Below, in pieces: positions 62,122 through 64,000 of a stretch of DNA of 64,000 bases. The notes beneath the pieces are model-generated. The model was not told the origin of the DNA, searched no databases, and worked only from the letters and a program-made list of their open reading frames with translations. The stretch comes from an uncultured Hormoscilla sp. Its GTDB lineage: Bacteria; Cyanobacteriota; Cyanobacteriia; Cyanobacteriales; Desertifilaceae. Positions within the stretch are counted from its first letter, which is position 1; the number at the start of each line of letters is the position of its first letter. The translations under genes were made by a program, and so were the position numbers. The stretch lies in NCBI GenBank assembly GCA_963921275.4, contig OZ001293.3, forward strand, positions 2,048,001 through 2,112,000, written 5' to 3'.

Positions 62122-63432
62122 AATATGAAGAATCTGCGAGTTTTACTAATCGGCGGTTATGCAGCAATGCTGGCGTATTGCACCCATCTATTATCTCAAA
62201 ATTTGACTGGCAATTCCCAGGTGGCTAAAGCAGAAGCGACTAACAATTTACAAGTCTCCACGGCCTCTTATCTGGGAGGCCCGGAAGACGATCGGGGAAC
62301 CGCGATCGAAATTGCGTCGGACAAAACAATTGTCTTGAGTGGGAAAATTATTGGCAATGACTTTGGCAAGACTCCTGTAAATTTACTGGGGGGAGGTTCC
62401 GGAATTATTCTGCGGACAAATTCCACGGAGAAAAATATTTTGTCCCTTACCAGAATAGGTGTGATCGTGGACGACCTGGCGATTAACAGCAAGAATGGTA
62501 AAATAGCTGTAGTGGGTGATTTTGGCATCGCCTTATTAGACCCCAAGGCTAAAAATATTCTCTGGCACAAAGAGGTAGTCAAGAAAGGAGGTGCTACTAC
62601 TAGCAATGGCAGGCGCATAGCTGTGGGTAGGGATGGTAAAGTAGTAGCGCTGTTGAAAAAGAATGTAACCGTATTTGCGGAGAATGGTCGAGAAATAGGA
62701 GAATTTAGAGTTCCGGGCAAGTATGTAGAAGATGTCACGATTCACAGTCAGAGTAATTCCGTGTTGGTAACAGGGTATAGTCAGAAGAATAAAGGTGGCT
62801 GTAAGCAATTGCAAGTGGCTTTTATCAGAAGTTACGACTATGCTGGCAATCTTAACTGGACGAATTACGATTGGACTCACCCTCAAGCTTATGCCGGAAA
62901 TCGTTCCTGTGCAGATAGTAGAGGCGATCTCCTCACCATTGGGCGCGACGGAAAACTATATTTTGCCGGGGAAAGTGCTGGGGGAAACAGCATCTACCGC
63001 TATGACCCCAAAGACCTATCGGTAGCAGCACCGAATGTTAAATTTGACCCCTATAATCACGCCTACAATACCGCGTCTAACCACATCACCTACTACGCCA
63101 GATTTAATCCCGTGACGGGTGATATCGAAACAGGACAATTTTTATTATCTCGACTCAATAATGGCAAGGGTAATACCATTAAACCCAGATCCATTACCGC
63201 AGATGAGCAGGGAAATGTCTATATAGGCGGCAGTTCCGCAGCTAAGTTTGCAGGTCGCGATCGCTCACAGATTTCCGGTCAAACCGGTGCTTATGCAGAT
63301 GCTGATAATTTCGTCCTAGCTGTCCCCCCCAATTTTAACTCTAGAACCTTCATGGTGACATGGAACCAAGGCTGCAAAGGCAAAAATCGTGGGTATTGCC
63401 GCAGCTTATGGTCTGCGAGCCATGATTTCTGA
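62122..63432 (+). CDS. Secreted beta-propeller-like protein; C-terminus probably frameshifted
   Basis: Signal-like N-terminus, SYLGG.EDDRG..I and SITADEQGNVYIGG repeats. Confidence 0.6.
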   Translation, partial: NMKNLRVLLIGGYAAMLAYCTHLLSQNLTGNSQVAKAEATNNLQVSTASYLGGPEDDRGTAIEIASDKTIVLSGKIIGNDFGKTPVNLLGGGSGIILRTNSTEKNILSLTRIGVIVDDLAINSKNGKIAVVGDFGIALLDPKAKNILWHKEVVKKGGATTSNGRRIAVGRDGKVVALLKKNVTVFAENGREIGEFRVPGKYVEDVTIHSQSNSVLVTGYSQKNKGGCKQLQVAFIRSYDYAGNLNWTNYDWTHPQAYAGNRSCADSRGDLLTIGRDGKLYFAGESAGGNSIYRYDPKDLSVAAPNVKFDPYNHAYNTASNHITYYARFNPVTGDIETGQFLLSRLNNGKGNTIKPRSITADEQGNVYIGGSSAAKFAGRDRSQISGQTGAYADADNFVLAVPPNFNSRTFMVTWNQGCKGKNRGYCRSLWSASHDF

Positions 63433-63644
63433 TACGGCGGGTTGTTCTATGATTACTGTCAACCCAGTCCAACCAAACCCCCAAGGAGGTACAGAAATCA
63501 TTTTCTCCGTCTGGGGCGATCGATAATAACGAATTTCAATTTGATTCTGTCAGGCGGGAGTAATTTTGGCAGGATTTCCATAGTATTAGAGAAAGTCAAT
63601 AATTGTTAATTGAGGTAATTTTTTTGTAGCAGTAGGGTATTAGA

Positions 63645-64000
63645 ATGAGCAATCATCAATTAGCGATCGACAATATTCAAGTGCCAGAATGTTATAAACA
63701 AACAGAGGTTGGGGTGATTCCTGAAGATTGGGAGGTTACAACACTAGGAGAAATAGGGCAAAGTTTAATTGGGTTGACATATAAACCGGATGATATCCGT
63801 GAATAGGGAACGTTAGTGTTGCGTTCTTCCAATGTTCACAGTGATCGGCTAGCTTACGAAGATAACGTTTATGTAGATAGCTCGTTATCCTTACCCTTAA
63901 GGGTAATTGTAAAAGAAGGCGATATTTTAATCTGTGTTCGCAATGGTAGTCGGCAACTGATCGGAAAATGCGCTATGATAGATTCTGTAGCAGCAAGAAG
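63645..64000 (+). pseudogene. hsdS: Type I restriction-modification specificity subunit (partial, internal TAG)
   Basis: YKQTEVGVIPEDWEVTTLGEI...DIRE*GTLVLRSSNV..VKEGDILICVRNGS..IGKCA. Confidence 0.8.

Overview
This is a window from a filamentous-type cyanobacterial genome, judged by frequent HIP1 GCGATCGC sites, psbU, urtABCD and NtcA boxes. Gene decay is widespread, with many frameshifts, nonsense codons, IS/MITE remnants and dead toxin-antitoxin pairs, which would fit a host-associated lineage (inference). Main points: (1) a tandem array of three diverged ~150-180 nt rod-shaped RNA genes resembling cyanobacterial 6S RNA (691-1503), lying upstream of a conserved gene with a TIR/NDT-like motif; (2) a patellamide/trunkamide-type cyanobactin cluster (A,B,C,D,E,F1,F2,G; ~42.2-56.4 kb) sitting between urtC and urtD, whose precursor carries three copies of the core SSSCIC, with C, D and F2 disrupted; (3) two near-identical 871-bp ORF-less group II introns at unrelated sites whose 5' exons both match the intron EBS1, plus an RT/HNH-encoding group II intron with one nonsense codon; (4) an orphan contractile-injection spike-tip gene, a monofunctional catalase, a frameshifted argZ, tandem Uma2 and DUF29 genes, and small palindromic insertion elements. 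All family assignments come from motif recognition by eye; no database search was run.
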